Below are positions 60,901-63,443 of a stretch of 63,443 nucleotides of DNA, piece after piece (positions within the stretch are counted from its first letter, which is position 1; every line of letters begins with the position of its first letter). The stretch lies in the NCBI GenBank assembly GCA_002633005.1, contig NMRA01000263.1:126824-190266 (forward strand), in the 5' to 3' direction. The notes beneath the pieces were generated by a model. That model saw only the letters and a list, made by a program, of their open reading frames with translations. It was not told the origin of the DNA and did not search any database. Source of the DNA: Phoronis australis. Its lineage: Eukaryota > Animalia > Phoronida. A program made the position numbers and the translations under genes.

Positions 60901-61835
60901 AGTTAATTTTCTTCTCAAAGTCATCCAGTTTCCTGCCACGATACGATGAAATTGAGGAAAAGAGAAGTGATGACTCTAGATAAGTAACTGGAAACTTTTG
61001 TACCGATTATGTGGTGCTTAATTATAAAGGGGCATTTTGTTGAATTCTTAATCTAAGCTTTTTGGTGTTAAAAAACATTACCAAACTCAACCTATCTTGA
61101 ATTGTTGCTAAATGAGCTCACCTGGCAACTCAAGTTACAGGCAATGCGTACATGTGCCAGACAAATTAAAAATTTTAGGTTTGCCTGACCCCAATAAAGT
61201 CTGAAGCGTTTTCTTGAGTTGCTAATGGTTTTGATGTTTTTGTTGGTAACTGAAATAAAATGCTGTCATAGGATGAGCGTGAGATCGCCTTTATGAGAGT
61301 AAAAAGCCTGAATAAATGGACTTGAGATCAACTTTATGAGAGTAAAAGGCCTGAATATAATGGATGTGAGATCACCTTTATGAGAGTAAAAGGCCTGAAT
61401 AAATGTCATGGACGTGGGATCACGTTTGTGAGAGTAAAAGGCCTGAATATGATGGACGTGAGATGGCCTTTATGAGGGCCTGAATATGATAAACGTGACA
61501 TCACCTTTTTGAGAGTAAAAGGCCTGAATACGATGGACGTGAGATGGCCTTTATGAGAGTATAAGGCCTGAATAAATATGATTTTGATTTTTGACCAACT
61601 AGACGGGGTCAACTGGTGCTTTAATTTACATCTTTTGAGTGTTCACTTGTTGTCTGAATAATGTGTGTATTGTTTATGACTTTTGCCCTCCACTTGCAGG
61701 CACGACAGTGGTAAATCAGTGCCCCCTAATGTGACTGTGAAAGAGCATTTTGTATTCACGGACACAGACGGCCAGTTGTACCATTTTATGGTGGAAGGCA
61801 ATGTTATCAAAGATGGATCACGTATTCCACCTGAT
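39920..61835 (+). CDS. WDR11: Gene span: WD repeat-containing protein 11, first 17 coding exons (732 codons), 3' part outside window
   Basis: Spliced product MNVKLSPKTLVGTLHNQNKGAFDWGWQGLLAYGCQS...VKWSKENYHH...LRLASAD...EHFVFTDTDGQLYHFMVEGNVIKDGSRIPPD follows the vertebrate WDR11 sequence as I recall it; all phases consistent. Confidence 0.95.
40360..41186. mobile_element. TA-flanked non-autonomous Tc1/mariner-type element
   Basis: TA|CAGTCAAGTGACCTAATTATCGGA ... TCCGATAATTAGGTACACTATGTG|TA; internal AACCTAAATATCGGACA copies at 40561 and inverted near 41144-41160. Confidence 0.7.
41310..41379 (+). CDS. WDR11: WDR11 exon 2
   Basis: GWQGLLAYGCQSLVAVLDPKSLQ; phase 2-0. Confidence 0.92.
42418..42459 (+). 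CDS. WDR11: WDR11 exon 3
   Basis: VVQVLDRHNNYVVK; phase 0-0. Confidence 0.88.
43851..44004 (+). CDS. WDR11: WDR11 exon 4
   Basis: VKWSKENYHHDLSTPYTLRLASADHYGQIVIWDV...KPIQ; phase 0-1. Confidence 0.95.
44613..44783 (+). CDS. WDR11: WDR11 exon 5
   Basis: DMEWLSTDGSHDLLAVIHPSYSLVLWNAETGQKLWKKTY...FDPFDNQNVT; phase 1-1. Confidence 0.93.
45514..45700. repeat. Minisatellite, 38-bp unit x5, abutting the WDR11 exon 6 acceptor
   Basis: TATGAACTGAGGTATCTCTGTTCACAAGATACTTATGA. Confidence 0.92.
45717..45809 (+). CDS. WDR11: WDR11 exon 6
   Basis: LGQDFILFVDDFSVAKVPSGNGKKFYISSP; phase 1-1. Confidence 0.92.
46312..46435 (+). CDS. WDR11: WDR11 exon 7
   Basis: MSNTSSAGDLKTPENMSKNKLARRMGLSRLLQLDGDQTKH; variable loop, phase 1-2 fits neighbours. 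Confidence 0.75.
46816..47156. mobile_element. TA-flanked mariner-type MITE
   Basis: TA|CAGGGTATCCCAAAATGTA ... TACATTTTGGGACACCCTG|TA. Confidence 0.8.
47613..47802 (+). repeat. 38-bp repeat x5 identical to the WDR11 exon 11 donor repeat, ending at the N at 47803
   Basis: AACTACCAACCCATGTTAGCCTTAGGTAAGTTAGACAA identical to units at 57132-57286. Confidence 0.9.
48449..48626 (+). CDS. WDR11: WDR11 exon 8
   Basis: ITLNECIQLAYHRMHRNHIILVYSREILVLDLDINQTVATITLERASSPLIQ; phase 2-0. Confidence 0.93.
49503..50147 (-). pseudogene. Degenerate LINE ORF1-like sequence (coiled coil plus RRM type) inside the TIR element
   Basis: LEQYSRRNC*LVTGVEKTENDNTDKHVMDIV...DLYRTHRLGDRIVVKFTTYNTR; several stops and frameshifts. 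Confidence 0.7.
51295..51346. repeat. (TATC)n microsatellite
   Basis: Imperfect TATC/TGTC/TACC run. Confidence 0.9.
54593..54815 (-). repeat. Dispersed repeat family, copy 3 of 3
   Basis: Reverse complement of 13787-13910 and 15610-15826. Confidence 0.6.
54924..55050 (+). CDS. WDR11: WDR11 exon 9
   Basis: MIPCQLRDAMFLLHENGSITMRVRRR...GFGSQ; phase 0-1. Confidence 0.9.
55000..55165 (+). repeat. 56-bp unit x3 spanning the WDR11 exon 9 donor
   Basis: GAGGGATGGCTAGTGGCTTGAAT(G/A)GGGCTGACCAAGGGTTTGGCAGTCAAG|GTA; donors after 55050, 55106, 55162. Confidence 0.92.
55392..55579 (+). CDS. WDR11: WDR11 exon 10
   Basis: YDTRCQSDAVRITKHSRVFGMVANPVSETSVALIVSDSRVLVWELK; phase 1-0. Confidence 0.92.
55566..55683 (+). 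repeat. 49-bp unit, about 2.4 copies, spanning the WDR11 exon 10 donor
   Basis: CATTGACTAT(C/G)AG|GTATA occurs three times at 49-bp spacing. Confidence 0.88.
56015..56575 (-). mobile_element. 3' fragment of a CR1/L2-group LINE
   Basis: RYNTRSSSSSDFNLPKHRSETGKKSFSYSEPFLWNSLPADAKSTSSFLTFKRII*, then T-rich UTR, GC-rich hairpin-like end and AATAAA. Confidence 0.78.
56805..57159 (+). CDS. WDR11: WDR11 exon 11
   Basis: SPLYTP...LLKFLLTGMINGVAPPPLVIRMCPPLTTKNWQNYQPMLAL; phase 0-1. Confidence 0.93.
57132..57286 (+). repeat. 38-bp unit x4 spanning the WDR11 exon 11 donor
   Basis: CAAAACTACCAACCCATGTTAGCCTTAG|GTAAGTTAGA, perfect copies. Confidence 0.95.
57861..57945 (+). CDS. WDR11: WDR11 exon 12
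   Basis: GTSTGLVQVYNLSSGQLWREYSVHSCQVR; phase 1-2. Confidence 0.92.
58065..58303. repeat. Minisatellite, 28-29-bp unit, about 8 copies
   Basis: CTACTGTTGCCTGG(G)TTATGTC(C/T)CCT(G/A)CT. Confidence 0.9.
58459..58565 (+). CDS. WDR11: WDR11 exon 13
   Basis: GIEWVSLQSFLSFGYPANSSSGLVKNELVLVNLQT; phase 2-1. Confidence 0.92.
58537..59057 (+). repeat. 44-bp unit x12 spanning the WDR11 exon 13 donor, plus diverged copies to about 59230
   Basis: TGAACTAGTGTTG(G/A)TCAATCTACAGACAG|GTGAGTAGATTATAG; unit starts every 44 bp from 58537 to 59021. Confidence 0.95.
59740..59812 (+). CDS. WDR11: WDR11 exon 14
   Basis: GKCTKYREHKDEESPIEMIRVSHL; phase 1-2. Confidence 0.9.
60355..60463 (+). CDS. WDR11: WDR11 exon 15
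   Basis: QYFVVTFKDKPFELWDLRQRSLLREMPRNFPHVTAV; phase 2-0. Confidence 0.93.
60499..60602. repeat. Minisatellite, 36-bp unit x3
   Basis: TGTAACACATGGTGTTCTCAGACTCAGTTAACTCTC. Confidence 0.8.
60771..60883 (+). CDS. WDR11: WDR11 exon 16
   Basis: EWSPSHNMKSLKKKQ...; phase 0-2. Confidence 0.9.
61271..61577. repeat. Minisatellite, about 45-bp unit, about 7 diverged copies
   Basis: ATGGACGTGAGAT...CCTTTATGAGAGTAAAAGGCCTGAATA. Confidence 0.85.
61700..61835 (+). CDS. WDR11: WDR11 exon 17
   Basis: VKEHFVFTDTDGQLYHFMVEGNVIKDGSRIPPD; phase 2-0. Confidence 0.92.
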
Positions 61836-63414
61836 GTAAGAATCTTATTGCATTAAATGGTTTTGTTTACAAATATTGATCATCATTTTTCTTCTGTCAT
61901 TGACGAAACGTCTCACATCTCGTTGTTTCGTCTGTTCACTGAAGGACTTGATTGTAACAGCCATGTGATCTAACAGGTCATCAAATAGACTTCTTCAGTA
62001 GCCTACATGATTATCTCTCACTTTACCTCCAAAGTTATTCATTCAGAAGTTGTACATTACAAAGAAGCACCGCACAGTATATTACATCAGCAGTCCAAAA
62101 AACTTCCTCACTTTTCCAGGTTAGTGCAAAATATATAGATAAGCACGATAAGCGAAAAATGCTTAATACTGTGAAATTAATGTAAACTTTGTATGCAAAA
62201 TATCAAACAGAGAGATTGATATTTACAAAAAGTGGAATTGGATCTTTAAAAGGGGATTAGATGTGTTTTTAGTACACAGGTACTAATGTATCGGCCTTTT
62301 TATAATTTCTCTCATCTGGAATATTAGAAATCTTTCTAGCCGGATGAGTTGTACTACATGTATGTGTTTGGCATACTTTTAATGTCTTTAGACATTTTTT
62401 GTTTTTGTTTATGATTGCTATGTGCTGAACTCTATCATGAAGCTATATTTGGCAAAGTTTAAGATCAAGTGAACATTAAGTTTGTGGGCTCTATTAATTT
62501 CCATCAGCAAAATGTCAAAGTAGGGGATATTTGTATGGACAGCTGATAAAACTACTGCATCTGGTTGAAGTTGCTGTATCGACATTGTGTTTGGTTTATA
62601 GATGACTCATGCAGTGTTGCTGGTAAGTCTGTCATGAGCTTTGTTCAAGGATTCATGCAGTAGGTGCTGAGCTATGTTCATCAGGGCCCGGCTTCTAATC
62701 CTTTTACTCAAAATCAACCTTGAAAATATTTTTGGCATTTTCCTTTCCAGTTGAATATGAACTGAAACTAATTGTCAATAGTTTTGTTCTGGAATATATT
62801 ATGGTTTATGTGGATGACTTGTGTAATCCTATTTTGTACTTGATGACCCCACCATTAAAGCAATAAGTTCGAGTCTTAATCTTGAATTTTTACTTTAATT
62901 TTTTTTCTTCAATCTTGGGTCATCAAGTACAAACTTGGACTAGACACGGAACCCTAGTTATACTCGAGACTAGAATAATAGACAGTTATTTTGAGTTTGT
63001 GTTAAAGAAGAATGGAAAATGGCAAAAATATGTCTGAGTTCAATTTTGAGTGAGAAGTTTAGATCACGGACACAGATGTATTCATCAAGAGGTTGTTTTG
63101 ATTGACCTATTCTTAAAACTAAGTGGTGTGGGTGGTTTGAAGTTTGCTAAAGCATGCACTTGTATTGTATTAGACAATGTTCAAAGTCTGTTGGACCCCT
63201 ATACATGGTTTGCTTTGATCTTGTCTCATTACTATGACGTGCTTACTGAGTACTGTGAATATAGTGTGATGCATCTCAAGCATTACTAGCAGCATCCAGT
63301 TAATGGCATGAATATGTAGTTAACCTGTCTGACCCATACTCAGTCTAGTCTTCTCTTCCAAAATCCACTTTTTTTTTCATCCGAAATGTTGGATAATGAA
63401 ATTGTGTTAGTATG

Positions 63415-63443
63415 GAGAGAGAGAGAGGGAGGGAGGGAGGGAG
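63415..63443. repeat. (GA)n/(GGGA)n microsatellite at window end
   Basis: GAGAGAGAGAGAGGGAGGGAGGGAGGGAG. Confidence 0.85.

Overview
AT-rich, intron-rich animal genomic DNA, probably a marine invertebrate (taxon is an inference), holding two head-to-head genes. On the minus strand I chained 27 phase-consistent GT-AG exons (34123 down to 414; 6855 nt, about 2285 aa, open at both ends) into a giant extracellular mosaic protein. It begins with a NELL-like TSPN/LamG domain, coiled coil and VWC, continues with two copies of a super-module [EGF, Kunitz, Cys-rich linker/half-VWC, tyrosinase-like domain, G(Y/F)(D/N)xx pentapeptide repeats, linker, Cys-rich module], and ends in a kielin/chordin-like VWC array. 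Both tyrosinase-like domains have lost several of the six copper-ligand histidines. On the plus strand are the first 17 exons (732 codons) of WDR11; four of its exons have tandem repeats that copy the exon end plus splice donor, all out of frame. Introns and the intergenic region contain TA, TTAA and 5-bp-TSD TIR elements (including a CAC...GTG Transib/RAG-like MITE and a 4.4-kb cargo-bearing element), truncated LINEs and minisatellites. Two single-N gaps (5110, 47803) sit next to probable assembly duplications. All coordinates were read by eye.
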